Of a stretch of DNA of 64,000 nt, positions 1 to 47,289 are shown piece by piece; position 1 is the first letter of the stretch, and every line of letters begins with the position of its first letter. The notes beneath the pieces are model-generated. The model ran no database searches. It was given only the letters and a program-made list of their open reading frames with translations, and was not told the DNA's origin. The DNA comes from a bacterium. GTDB lineage: Bacteria > UBA8248. The stretch spans positions 320,001 to 384,000 of the forward strand of contig CBDBZY010000041.1 of NCBI GenBank assembly GCA_965213685.1, in the 5' to 3' direction. Both the position numbers and the translations under genes were made by a program.

Positions 1-31
1 CAGGATATATGCTACAGCCAATACCAGGCTT

Positions 32-627
32 TAGTCTAGTTCCCAGACCACCCGAAAGCGAGTTGGTCTGGGACATTTAGTTGATTTTCTTGGCATTGTG
101 AGATTTTTTGGGAGATTGCCAATCAGACTGTCGCAACGCACACGTCACACAAATGTCACATGATCTAGTTCAGCCGCACTTGACAAGCACGCATGGGTAC
201 ATGTACGTCACTGAGCCGGGCAAAAGAAGGCGAGGGAGGAGCTTGTTCTGCTGTATTCAGTCAGTGGGAAGTAGCCGGGACACCCTATTATAGCGGCTAA
301 CTGTTGGAAGAACGTTTTTCACAATGTTGGTGGGCCTATACCACCTGCTCTTGTGCACAAGTGCCATACACAGCAGACGTACGTGTGCATGTAGCAGCAT
401 GGATAGAAGGTTGTACATGAGTTATGGAGGCTAAAGGGAATGTGCCGACGGCCCTTTGTGAGTACCAGTTTCAAACGCGAGCTGTTCCAAGGCTAGAGCC
501 TAGTACTGGCACGTGCGATAAGCTAGCCATCACATGATTTGCATATGACTTAAGTGTTGAAAATGCCAAGGAAATCGACTAGCTATCCCAGACAACCTCG
601 CTTTCGGGTGGTCTGGTAACGAGACTA
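32..627. mobile_element. Academ(H)-type non-autonomous DNA element (TAG...CTA TIRs)
   Basis: TIR TAGTCTAGTTCCCAGACCACCCGAAAGCGAG / CTCGCTTTCGGGTGGTCTGGTAACGAGACTA; degenerate 9-bp TSD ACCAGGCTT/AGCAGGCCT. Confidence 0.7.
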
Positions 628-894
628 AGCAGGCCTCATCAGTGCTGGGGTGACCAGGAGTGTGGTCACCACACGTCATGCACCTACATGGACACACATA
701 GCTAGTCCACTGGACAACTCCGGGAACCTCTCAGGTACAAAACATCATGTACACACATGTACAGGCACAAAGGGAGAGATGTACCCACACAATAGCAACT
801 GAAGTGCACCTACTCCTCTCCTCATGAGGACACACACACACACACACACAGCACAATGCCTGCACCACACCCTCTCCATTTAGACACACACATA

Positions 895-1410
895 CACCCC
901 TCAGCAATGGGATGGAATATACACCCAACAACTACAGCTAGGAGGGTACTCACACAGCTGAATGGGGCACATCCCTCAACAATGGGATGTAATACACTCA
1001 CTAATTACAGGGTACTCCCCACAGCTGAATGGGGCACATCCCTCAACAGTGGGATGTAATACACTCACTAATTACAGGGTACTCCCCACAGCTGAATGGG
1101 CACACCCCTCAGCAATGGGATATATAGTACCTACTAGTTACAGGGTACTCCCACAGCAGAATGAACAGGTAACCTCAACAATGGGATGTAATGCACCCAA
1201 TAATTACAGGGTATTCCCCACTGCTGAATGGGTAACCACACACAGTATGCATGTAGGTATATACCTGTATACTCTTCTGCACACATCCCTCAGCAATGGG
1301 ATGCAATACACCCACTAATTGCAGGGTACTCCTCACAGCTAAATGGGCACACTCCTTCAGCAATGGGATGCAATACACCAACTAGTTACAGGGTACTCCC
1401 CACAACTGCA
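895..1410. repeat. Minisatellite, ~67-bp unit, ~7-8 copies
   Basis: Recurring CTCAGCAATGGGATGTAATACAC...ACAGGGTACTCCCCACAGCTGAATGGG. Confidence 0.85.
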
Positions 1411-4127
1411 CCTCCACCATACATGGCAGCTGAGTGGTGTGGTTATTCCCAGTCAACCAATGTAAATGTACATGTACATGTACATGTGTAGGGTGGGCTG
1501 TGCACTATGGGATAGGATGGGAGGATAATGATGGCATTGGGGAGGCAATGGGTGAGTAATTGAGGGAGGGTGGGAGGGAGGAAGGGAGGGAAGGAGGGCA
1601 GGAGGGAGACACACCTATACAATGTGTGGTTAGGAAGCTAGTCAATCAATGTACATGTGCATGAATAAATCGAGAACCACAACTCCCTAGCCTCCTTCCC
1701 AGGCTCAACTCCCTAGATGGTGAAGGGCCCTTAGGCCTAGATGTTAAGACATGTACATGTAGGTGTGCTATGGGACGGGGTGGCAGGATAAAGGAAGGAC
1801 ATGGGTGAGTAATTGAGGGAGATATGGAGAGGGCTTGGGGGGGGGGGGGGGGGGGACGCATGCGGCTGTTGGGGGAGACGTAGGAGTGAGGTGAGGAGGG
1901 GAGGAGGAAGGGAGGGAGATCTCGAGGAGGAGGGAGAGAAGGGGGGAAAGGAGGAGGGAGAGGAGGGAGAGGAGGAGGGAGGAGGAGGGAGAGGAGGAGG
2001 GAGAGGAGGAGGGAGAGGAGGGAGAGGAGGGAGAGGAGGAGGAAGAGGAGGGAGGAGGAGGGAGGAGGAGGGAGAGGAGGAGGGAGAGGAGGGAGAGGAG
2101 GAGGGAGGAGGGAGGAGGAGGGAGAGGAGGAGGGAGAGGAGGGAGAGGAGGGAGAGGAGGAGGGAGAGGAGGGAGGAGGAAGGAGGAGGAGGGAGAGGAG
2201 GAGGGAGAGGAGGGAGAGGAGGGAGAGGAGGAAGGAGGAGAGGAGAGATGGCAAGAGGAGGATAGACGGAAGAGGATAGAGCAGGAAGGGAGGAAGGAAG
2301 CAATCACACACAGTAGGTATGTGTGGGTAGGTCTACTGTCATTGCACATGATGAAAAGGCTCAGGAATATTTTAGAGAACTGTGAAAAACAGGCAGCCAC
2401 TGGGGATGTACAGGTGGGCTGTGCACTATGGGATGGGATTGGAGGATAATGATAGCATTGAGGAGGAAATGGGTGAGTAATTGAGGGAGGGGTGGGAGGG
2501 AGGGAGGGAGGGAGGGAGAGTTAAGGAGGAAAGGAAGCGAGGTGTGAGGGAGAGAGGGGAGCCAGAGGAGGGAACGATCCTACATGATTAAATAATGGAG
2601 ACACAATATACAAAGCAAGGCAACATAACAACACCACCTGAGACGGCTCACTTTCTCTCCTTTCAAAGAAAAAGTGAGCATGTACATGTACATGTACATG
2701 ATACATGTCCTAATTGAATGATTGTTTGTGTAGCGCTGTCCCAATTGTGGCGAGCTTCAGAAGAGTTCTGTGGTGCATGTGCATGCTCATATGCATGTAC
2801 ATGTGCATGAGCCAGCATGTACATGTACATGTACATGTTGGCGTAAGTGTAGTGTACAGCACTTCCATGGCTATCACTATTCATCAACATGCCGTCATAG
2901 CAACACAGCTATAAACCATAAGATAAGTAACTACTAATTAATTAAGCCATTAAAATGTACATAAACAGTGTAGTTACATGTACACCTATAACATGATTGC
3001 TAATTATTCATGTACTTATAATTAGTAGATGTACACAACTCTCACAGAGTCAGAGTACAGCTGCCTTGCTGTGGTCTCCATGGGATACATCCAATGGACT
3101 GGCAGGGTCAGTTTGGAGGTCTGCCATTAGAACATGTACCTATCACCCACTAGCCCAGACCACAACATACACACACACATCTGACAGTATTATACAGTGC
3201 AGATGGACTGAGCTGTCAAACTCTGGGAGCCAGAACTTATGTACCTGTACATAACTAACTACATGACAACATGTGCACTACACACACAGCATGTACATGT
3301 ACATGTATGTAATCACACTACATCATCTACAAGCATGTACATGTACATGTAACTATAGAGATAATGTGAACAGTTTAGGCAGACCAACACAAATGTAATT
3401 TGTACCCATAATCAGTTACTGCATGCTAATCTAACAGGGCAATGGTGAATAACTGCATTGCAATTGAGTTCCACTACATGCAGCTGAATTGGTTCGCCTT
3501 ATAGGCTGCCGGTGGCAAGGGTAAGGTCCTAATTGAACGATTGTTTGTGTAGCACTATCCCAATTGTGGAGAGCTTCAGAGGTATGTGGTGCATTCTAGA
3601 CAACACAACAACATGTCAAACTTGGCCAGCCAGGGTGTGCACTAATTAGGCTAGGCAGCTGGCTGGCCGGGCCTTTATTAGTGTTCCGATACTATAGAGA
3701 GTTAATTACTAGCTGATCCCTCAATGGCCTGCAGATGCTAATTTGGGGGCACCGGTGATGGGTGGTTAATTACATCGTACCTGCATTAATTGATTTTCAT
3801 ATGGGGCATAGGCACCTGGTGATGGTTTTCTTGGTGACTCAGGTGAAGAATTGAAGAGACAAACTTCCATCCCGGGCATCGAACCTGGGCCAAGAGACTG
3901 GGAGTCCAGTGCACCAAGCAACAAGCCATTACCAGGGACAAACGTTTGTCTCCCCATTCTTCCTTATATGCTGGCAGTGTTCGTTGACTATTCAGTCAAC
4001 GTCCCACTGACAGACCACCCTAATCTTGTGCCCTTTAGGGGTCAACCGGAAACACCTCTCCGTCAGGGGAGGAGTCAAGATGGTGGGATTTACTTTCCAA
4101 TATTAATAGATGTTCACATGGGGCATA

Positions 4128-5163
4128 GTTAATTATATAGCTGGTGCTGACTGCTGCTATTGAGTGTGGCTGTGTCGAGCACATACCATGTACCATGTGT
4201 GTTCCACTGATTCCAGGAACCTGTGCACTATTTGGAAGGTGGGGGTCCCTACAATGTGCAACAATGCTGCAGCTAGGGGTTGCATAGCAACATAAAGAAC
4301 CCTATAGTAACTAAGTTACATGTCTATACACTAATATACACTACACACTTTCTCTGAACATACTCTATGCAACATACATGTACATACAATTAACCAATCA
4401 ACTAATTAGTTTCTTTTTTTGTGGAGAAGAAAGAAAGAATGAGGAGACAAACTTCCGTCCCGGGCATCGAACCTGGGCCCAGAGACTGGGAGTCCAGTGC
4501 ACCAAGCACCAAGCCATTAAAGTCTGTCTCCCCATTCTTCCTTATATGCTGGCAGTGTTTGTTGACTATTCAGTCAACATCCCACTGACAGACCACCCTA
4601 ATCTTGTGCCGTCAGAAGTTTGTCTTCATTCTTTCTCTCTTCTCCACCTGAGTCACCAAAAAAAACCATTAATTTTTATCCACAAGATTAGGGTGGTCTG
4701 TCAGTGGGATGTTGACTGAATAGTCAACAAACACTGCCAGCATATAAGGAAGAATGGCGAGACAGACTTTAATGGCTTGGTGCTTGGTGCACTGGACTCC
4801 CAGTCACTGGGCCCAGGTTCGATGCCCGGGACGGAAGTTTGTCTCCTCATTCTTTCTTTCTTCTCCACAAAAAAAGAAACTAATTAATTGATTGGTTAAT
4901 TGTATGTACATGTATGTTGCATAGAGTATGTTCAGAGAAAGTGTGTAGTGTATATTAGTGTATAGACATGTAACTTAGTTACTATAGGGTTCTTTATGTT
5001 GCCATGCAACCCCTAGCTGCAGCATTGTTGCACATTGTAGGGGCCCCCACCTTCCAAATAGTGCACAGGTTCCTGGAATCAGTGGAACAAACATGGCACA
5101 TGGTATGTGTTCGACACAGCCACACTCAATAGCAGCCGTCAGCACCAGCTATATAATTAACTG
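4128..5163. repeat. ~480-bp near-perfect inverted duplication with 72-bp spacer; each arm carries a Gly(CCC)-like tRNA-derived repeat
   Basis: 4128-4608 is the reverse complement of 4681-5163. Confidence 0.9.
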
Positions 5164-6477
5164 ATTGTTTGCACATTACTACCTACAAGGGTTCTATGGT
5201 AACGCCAATGAAATTACTGTTGGTAGAAGATGATTGGTCTGAATTCACAGAAAAACCAGAATGGAGCTGTGCTGATGATGGGTGCCCCTGTCATTACGCA
5301 CCAATCATCCAATCAGTGAGCACCATGGTAATGATGGGAAACTACTTAACTATAATTAGAAGGGCTCTTTCAAGGGGTGTCTTCTGAGATTGCTGACAGC
5401 ACTGGTAGATTGGGGAGCAAATTACCGGGCTCTTAACCTCTTCTACAGCTGGTGAGGTCTAGATATATGTGCCATTCTAGTCCGGGGAGGTGTAATCAAG
5501 ACGGCAAATTGGTGTGCCCTAACACTGTGTGTTCTAACTGCATATAGTGTACTCGGAATGTGCCCCGAGGCCTAACAAAGCACTTGGCTTCGCCCTGTGC
5601 ATTATTAGCCTCTCAACGCATTCCTCGTACACTATTCCCATAAAGTGCTCAGACCGGTACGCTAACTAGTATCTATACTGGTCATTTTTTAACTCACACC
5701 TATAAACTAGCCTATAATGCAAGCGGGCTACAGTATGAGTTGGGGGGTCTAATCTAGGTGCATGGCACAAGATTACGGGTGGCTGTCAGTGTGAGGTTGG
5801 CAGATGAGCCAACGGCTGCTGACAGTACACAAGGGAGAATGGGAAGACCATTTAAACTTTTGTCCCGAGTAATGGCTTGGTGCACTGGACTCCCAGTCAC
5901 TAGGCCCGGGTTCAATGCTCGGGATGGAAGTTTGTCTTTTCATTCTCCTTCTTCACCTGAGTATCAGAAATATCTATTTACATGTAGGTGCATGGGCTCT
6001 AATCCAGATGGGCTCTAACTTAGGCGGGCTCTTGTTTACGGAACATCTCAGGGGGGTAACCACTCCATGCAAAGTGTACATATTTCTGCACTGGGCTAGA
6101 ACTGGTCACGCGTGACGTCAAGTGTTCATTACAGGACGTGTGAAGAGAGGTTCACCAGTGCCACTGCGATAGTCCTGAATACTTGCTTCATGGAGGACGT
6201 CTGACACACACACAGCACACCATACATGTTCATGTACATATGCATGCTAACACAGCCATAGAGATGAGGCAACGCAAAGGCACTACACCTGGAGACAGCT
6301 ATTATTCACGGAGGAGAAATGAGATCTCTGGCAGAACTTGGATCCACAACACAGTGTATATATGTACCAAACACATGTTCCACCAGCTGAGCTAATGAGG
6401 CAGCTTGTACGTTATGTGGGCTAGCATTCCAGAGAGTACGTCGGTGAATAACTAGACTTGCCGTAATTTCAGTGAGT

Positions 6478-7178
<701 letters not shown>

Positions 7179-9578
7179 ATGGGCGCAGCATTCCTGAAAT
7201 GACAGGCTAACTTGGTAGACTAACTCCATTCCTGCCAGTGCCAGACTCATCACCAACAGCTCAACACACACAGACATAAAAGGACAAAGGTCACATCATC
7301 ACCTACCAAAGCAGTGACCACCATTAAATTAACCCCACACACACTGAATTATCAAAGGGAGTTGGGGTTACGTCACAAAGAGCAGTGCTTTGAGGGTTGT
7401 AAACTTAATGATGCGTGACTTGATAAGAGCCAGACAGGCCGTCTACAGCAGCGGTGGTACCGGGGAAATGAGTAATGACAACTATAGGTGTGGCTCGTAC
7501 GTAAACAAGTAATAACATGTGTTGCCTGGTAACGAGGTTAATGTACATGTGTTGCCAAGGTTAATGTACATGTAGATTTTTCATAGGGTGCCATGAGAAA
7601 GGGGAATTTCCCTTACTTGAGTTCATCCCAGACTAGGTTTGAGAGGTCTTGAAAGTAACAGTATAGACCAATGCAGGTGCTGCCTGGAAACAAGTAATGA
7701 CTTGTGTTGCCTGGCAACGAGGTAAATGTACATAATATATGTAGATTTCTCCGACAGGGCCATTGGAAAGGGGGATTCCCCCTTATCTGCATTCACCCCT
7801 AGTATCAAGACTAGGTTTGCGAGGTCTTGAAAGTGAAACTATAGACTAACGCAGAGCACTGTGGGTGAGTCAGCTGCAGAATCTATATGACGCCAATGGA
7901 AGTTGATTTTGATTCCTCTTTCCTTCAATTTAATACATGAACTGATACGGGCAGGAGGCTATTTTGCATATTATAAGTATGTACAGCGGTATCACTGCAT
8001 TAGCCACTGTGCTCACACGTATACAGCCTAGCACAAGGCAGGCGGGCGTGCACCAGTACACGATAATGAATCACTAGTGGACCGGGCTGCTGATCATGAG
8101 TTGCATGTGGCGGAACAGGAATCAAGGAATCGACTTTGCTTGGCCTGAGGACAGGGAACATCGAGTCCAGATGAGTGGGCTTGTTCCCGCTTATAGCAAC
8201 CAATAAGACCTCTATGGATATTGTCTTCAACATTGACTGTGCCACAGATATCCATCTTCCATTAATAGACAGCACTGGTCGGAATTTTAATGGGCCAACC
8301 AAATACAAATCGGACAGTGCAATTTGTTGATCAGCTAATCTCAGTGAGGCAAGACAATGAGCACCCATCAGCTGTGACATTATAAGCGATACATACTGTA
8401 TATCGTGTGCATTATTGCAATGTGCATGTACACCTCTACATGATTAAATCTATGAGACCTATTCAATACAAAGCAAGGCAACACAACAACACCACCTGAG
8501 ACAGCTCCACTTTCTATTCTTTTCAAAGAAAAAGTGAGCTGCCCCAGGTGGGATTCGAACCCATGCACCTCTGTTCTCTAGACCAGTGCTCTGCCACTAA
8601 GCATGTACTTTTAGGTTAGTGTTAGAGCCAATTATAACACCAGGCCAGCGTATCATAAATCCGCATCAATTAAATCACAGTAATATTTCAGGAATACGTT
8701 TTACACTGTCCTGTTTATCAGGTGGTTACCTGCCTTGCCTTGCCTTCCACCCACAACCACTGAGCTGCCTCGGTAGCTTAGAGAAACAGTGACGTGGGTT
8801 CGAATCCCACCTGAGGCAGCTGACGTTTTCTTTGAAAAGAAGAGAAAGTGAGCCATCTCAGGTGGTGTTGTGTTGCCTTGCTTTGTTTAATATGCCTCAA
8901 TTACTTCATGAATTAAATACAGTGTGAATTTCATGATTTCTGGTGAACAGGACTGAGCATGTGCAGACTACGCAGCATAGCAACCACCACAGGAGACAAG
9001 GAGTCTGCACACTACATACTATTGTACATGATTACCTGGTACCTGGCAACCAGTTAAGCCCAGATGAGTGAATGGCATAAACATTACATTGTTTACACAA
9101 TGGACAACGCAGTATAAACTGGGCAGAGCAATTTGCTGATGATCCAAATAGTGGAAAACAAGACTGGAGACAAGAGTCTACACAGCTGATTACCTGTTGC
9201 CCGGCAACAATGATAATACACATGTACAGTACATGCTAACACAAATACCATCATTGTTTGCTTAATGACAAACTTAATATACACATGCAAAGGGAGCAGG
9301 GCAGTAAGCTGAGTGTGCAGGACCCAAGGTCTGAGAGGGCAGCCAGCTGCGGGGTATAAAGCCAGAACGAGGGGGGGAGAGTGCAGTGTCAGCATGCTTG
9401 AAGCGACCATCTATCCCCTCTTGCCTTCCCTCAAAGCCTGGCTCCATTCCAAGGCCTATCCATGAAGGAATGGGTTGGGGACCAATACTAGGAGATTTGG
9501 CCGATAAGACACAATCTGATCCAAACTCCATTCTGTTGTGCGATTTGGAGCTTACATGTATATTGCAATCCATCACAA

Positions 9579-9651
<73 letters not shown>

Positions 9652-10690
9652 TTTTCCATCTCATTGTATGCACATACACATACAAATGAGGGCCATGGAA
9701 GAGTGGGATGTGTTATACAAACCAAAACACTGCACACAGAAACCCACAAAATGGCAAAAAAAACAAAACAAAATTACAGTAATTAGTGTTGAAGTGCTAC
9801 AAGAAACAAGCATTGTATAAGGTTTTGAAAAAGTGACAAGAAAAAAAACACAAAAAACACAAAAAACACTATGATGCCAAAACTTTGTTGCTTGCTGCCT
9901 CTGTCTTCTGAGAGCTTTTAATGACTGTTCGTACCATCTCCATCATAAAACCCCTCCACGCACTTTTCTTACAAACTAGTAGCTCGCATTGTAACTTGGT
10001 AAAGTTTGTTAGTGATAAGAACCCTTGACTATAAACCTCCAATGTCAGTAAGGTTCCACTGAAATTTGAAGTAGTGACCTGTTGCATTCTCTCTCTCTCT
10101 CTCTCTCCCTCCCTCCCTCCCTCCCTCTCCCTTTCCCACTCCCTCTCCCTCTCCCCCTCTCCTTATCTCCCCACATACAAGTGTGACAAAAAAGCTGACT
10201 TACGTAGCTGCGATAAGCACATTATGCCCTCACTTCCCAACAAGCATTTTAAATTTTTTAAAAGAAGACACCTTTTGTAACGAAAAGCACCAAAGTGTAA
10301 CCCCTCGGCGCAGTGCTACAACAGCCTGTACAGACGATGCAAGCATTGTCCACTCAATTGGGCTATAGTACTAGTCTAGTGTCTTGTCTTGCAAGTTGTA
10401 GGGTCTGTGCATGCACAAACAATATCGCCTAGCACAAACATGCACTTACATGGACCATTATCGCACTAGCTTTACGGACATGAAATGGAGAGTATACGAA
10501 ACATTGCAACATGAACAAAATGGTGGACTTGAGTTGGCTTGGTCCTGGTAAGTTTATAACACTTCTAAATTTCTAACAAAGCAGTTTAAGAAAAAAAGTG
10601 TCTTTTTAGTTTTGTGAAAAATGTGCCGCTCAAGCCACTAGTGCTTTCAGTAAGATGTCTGCTAGCACCAGTCCGCAGATTAGCTCCCGC

Positions 10691-10727
<37 letters not shown>

Positions 10728-10889
10728 GGGCCAATACAGTGACCCTCTGGCACATACCTTCCGAGGGTTAATTACAATAGTTAGGTATATGTGTACAGAG
10801 CATGCATGTACATGTACGAGATGCATGGACACACACAATGTATATATACAGTAAATACAGTTGCCAGTGTGATCACTTGACCTGCCCAC

Positions 10890-44138
<33,249 letters not shown>

Positions 44139-44466
44139 CTCCACTCGCTGCCGCAGGAGAGAGGGAGCAGAGGCTGGAGCGATGGAGTGCAGTGAGCGTG
44201 AGGTGCTTCTATTTAGAGCACATGGGCGGAGTTAGTGGTCCAACTGTGTCTACATCATAACATGTTCGTTATGTATATGTGTGTTGGAATGTACAGCTGT
44301 ACGTCGGAGCAGCAAAGAACGTGTCTTTGACCTGTTTGTTAAGTCGAGTGACCGGGCAAGGGCTAGGAACTACTTTACTTCCATCATGCTTGATCTCATC
44401 ACGCAGGAGTGCAGGTGATTCTTAACATTTGATCCCTCACTAGTACTACATGTGCATGACATTGTA

Positions 44467-45237
44467 TAGTCTCGTGAACCAGACCGTATTTCGTGAACGC
44501 GCATGCGCGCACGAAAGGGGGAGGGGAGGAAGGAAAAATACGGTCTGGCCAAACTGGCCAGGTTTTTGTGGAATAAGCTATCTCGCATCGAGATCTCGGT
44601 GCGACCAATCAGATTACTGGTATGCGGTAATCATCTAATACGGAACGTTTGGAACCCAATCAACCTTCGACCTTTACAAGCTTAGCCGGCCCTGCAGATG
44701 CCAGTCTCTGAGTCTAGCTCTATTCTAGCCGTAGTCTAGCCATCATAGTAGCCGTTTCTCCGCCACATGACCGTATGCTATAGTCCCTAGCCTAGCCCTT
44801 ACACGACAGAGCCGCAAACGGGTGACTCCACACTGAGTTTTCTAGGTTTGTTGATCCATAAGAGAGTCGTCCGTTGTTAAAAGGATGGACGTCATCGTGC
44901 TACCTGTGATTCGGAGACCATAGACCGCTCGTTTACCATTTCGTTTACCTATGCGGAGACAAAGCGCGTATTCCGCCACCCAACTAACTAACCCAGCCAA
45001 CCAAGGCGGTGGCATTCAGTAGCTGTACAGTAGGTTTGTGTGTGCCGAAAAGAACAGACTAGCAAAAGCAAGAGCTAGCTGTATCGCTCATGGCGGAGTC
45101 CTCCCGTTGCGGTTGCTTATGTATAGTGTTAAGTTCCTATTGCTAATTATTCAAACGTGACAACATTCCAAGCGGAAACGAAAACCTGGCGAGTTTGGCC
45201 AGACCGTATTTTCCCTACCGTCTGGTTCACGAGACTA
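44467..45237. mobile_element. AcademH-type non-autonomous DNA element about 330 bp upstream of the CTR9 ATG
   Basis: TIR TAGTCTCGTGAACCAGAC / GTCTGGTTCACGAGACTA with perfect 9-bp TSD GACATTGTA. Confidence 0.85.
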
Positions 45238-46401
45238 GACATTGTACATGTGTAGGGCTGAGAGACGTATATTTCTAAGCTGTTGTATGTGCTCTTTCCT
45301 TTCTTAATTCTTCTTTCTATTTATAGTGCTTATACATGTACATGTACATGTATATGTGATTTTTCATGTACTTCTCTTTCTGTTTTTTCCCTCCCTCCTC
45401 CCCTCATCTGTCCTTCAACTTCGTTATTCCTTTCCCCCTCTCTCCCTCTCTCCCTCTCTCCCTCTCTCCTGCAGAGTTGGCACTGGAGGAGACAGCACAG
45501 GGCACTAAATACTCACAGAACTGTCAGTGCCATCAAAGCCATCCTGTGAGACATGCACTGCAGTCAGAGACAATTGTCTGTAATTGCTGCATGTCTTCAC
45601 CATGTAGTCACTCTATCCCCCTCTCCTCTTCCTCCTCCTCCTCCTTTTCTTCCTAATTAATCCTCTCTCCTCCTCCTCTTCCTAATAATTAACCTTCCCC
45701 TATCCTCCTCTTCTTCCTCTTCTTCCTCCTCCTCCTCTTCCAGATTTCTCTATCACTCACTCTCCCCCTCCCTCTCTCTCTTATCATTATTGCTGTCTTC
45801 ATCAGTCCAAACACGTGATGTCGCAATCATTCTTATGTTCTGAACAAACTGCTTTTAATCAAAAAAATAATTTTACAAAGATCACAATGCATTAACACAA
45901 CACAGAATATCGGCTAGTGTTGGAATGAGTGTATAGGGATAATAATATATACACCAACACTTCATTATGAAAAATGTGATTTCAATTGTTCCACTATACA
46001 AAGTTTTCATGTTACATAACGTATGCATGTAAACCAGAATCATACTTATACAATCGTGTAATTATAGCAGCTATTTTCACAAACGTTGGGTATAATTAAG
46101 CCAACACACATAATAACAGGTTGTAATGTGCTTTCTTTACTGTAGTAGTATTAACCAAAATGTACGACATAACGTCTAATCTCACATAACACAATGTATA
46201 CATGTACATGTAAACCACAATACACATATTTGGGGATGTAATTAAGACAACACACATAATAGCAGGTTGTAGGAGAGAAGTAACATGTAATGCTTAGCAG
46301 CATACACAATATTAAATGTAAAATCAAATCACTGCAGTAAATAGTGGTAGTTCACATGTACAGTTGTGCACAGTGAGGTGTTATCAGAGAAGCAATCAGT
46401 G

Positions 46402-47289
46402 TTACTCTAATGATCCTACCCACACTTGCTGGGAATACCACCCAACACCCTCCACAGCCCCTCCAGCCACAAGCAGTTCACCAGAGGGAAGTACTGCACA
46501 AGAGGGAGCCCACATTCCCACAGGAAGCTCTCCACACCTGCTCCATCTCTTCCCTTCTGCCTCATATCTGAAGAGCTCCTTTCTCATTGCTGACCCTCCT
46601 ACTAGTAGCAAGTGCTTCTGCAGGGCTAAGAGTGTGGGGCCATATACTGGAGGGGATGGCAGTTCCTGCCATGTTGGGTCAGTGGTGGTGTTGCGAGTTG
46701 CATTTGATATCAGGGTGGGGAGGTGGGCGGAGAACATGTGAGGCTGACCATCACTCCAGTTATATGATGAGATGTATACGTAATCACTAATGATGACTGC
46801 TGTCATGCCCCTACCCCCCATAGGCACTGGCTGTGCACTGTACCACTGGTGAGTGGAGCAGTCCAGGACTTGTACTGTGTCCTTGTAGAGGTACCCACAT
46901 GCCACAATGAGGTATTGCTGGTAGCCCACAGCAGCTGACCATTCTCTACCTGTTGGCATTCTTGGGTAGTGCTGAGTATTCCAGCGGTGACCCTCACTGT
47001 CCCATAATTGGATAGCAGTGCTGCCTCCCTCACCACCAGCTAGTAATAGCTGGTCCTTGACTGATGCCATGGCAAAGCAGCACTCAGTGCTCTTTGGTAG
47101 CTGAGACCACTTCCCCCTACTGGGGTCATACCTCATAACAATGTAGTCATTGTTGTCCTCTCCAGCCTCCCCATTAATGTAGACTTCTCCCTTCAGTGCT
47201 ACTGTGTGAGCATACTGGACTCCAAAGGGCAAGTCCTTTCCTCTCCTCCATTTGAGCGGGAGGGGCCATCTCAGTGGCTGGACCTGGGG
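46402..47289 (-). CDS. Kinase-Kelch gene last exon: Kelch beta-propeller
   Basis: CAG acceptor at 47290-47292, Kelch GG/W pattern, TAA stop at 46402-46404. Confidence 0.88.
   Translation of the reverse strand, partial: PQVQPLRWPLPLKWRRGKDLPFGVQYAHTVALKGEVYINGEAGEDNNDYIVMRYDPSRGKWSQLPKSTECCFAMASVKDQLLLAGGEGGSTAIQLWDSEGHRWNTQHYPRMPTGREWSAAVGYQQYLIVACGYLYKDTVQVLDCSTHQWYSAQPVPMGGRGMTAVIISDYVYISSYNWSDGQPHMFSAHLPTLISNATRNTTTDPTWQELPSPPVYGPTLLALQKHLLLVGGSAMRKELFRYEAEGKRWSRCGELPVGMWAPSCAVLPSGELLVAGGAVEGVGWYSQQVWVGSLE

Noticed and set aside
895-1410. Regularly spaced repeat resembling a CRISPR array
   Set aside because: The whole unit is repeated with no unique spacers, the context is eukaryotic and there are no cas genes; it is a minisatellite.
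1646-2400. Long Pro/Ser/Leu- and Gly/Glu-rich ORFs (also 6306-7277, 13238-14533, 51240-53321)
   Set aside because: Translations of microsatellite or polypurine tracts that are open in several frames; no domain signal.
8000-8380. 126-aa ORF of normal composition
   Set aside because: No recognisable motif or splice context; cannot be supported.
9869-10087. Possible last CTR9 exon
   Set aside because: Acceptor preceded by purine-rich (GA)n and no CTR9-like sequence; left unassigned.
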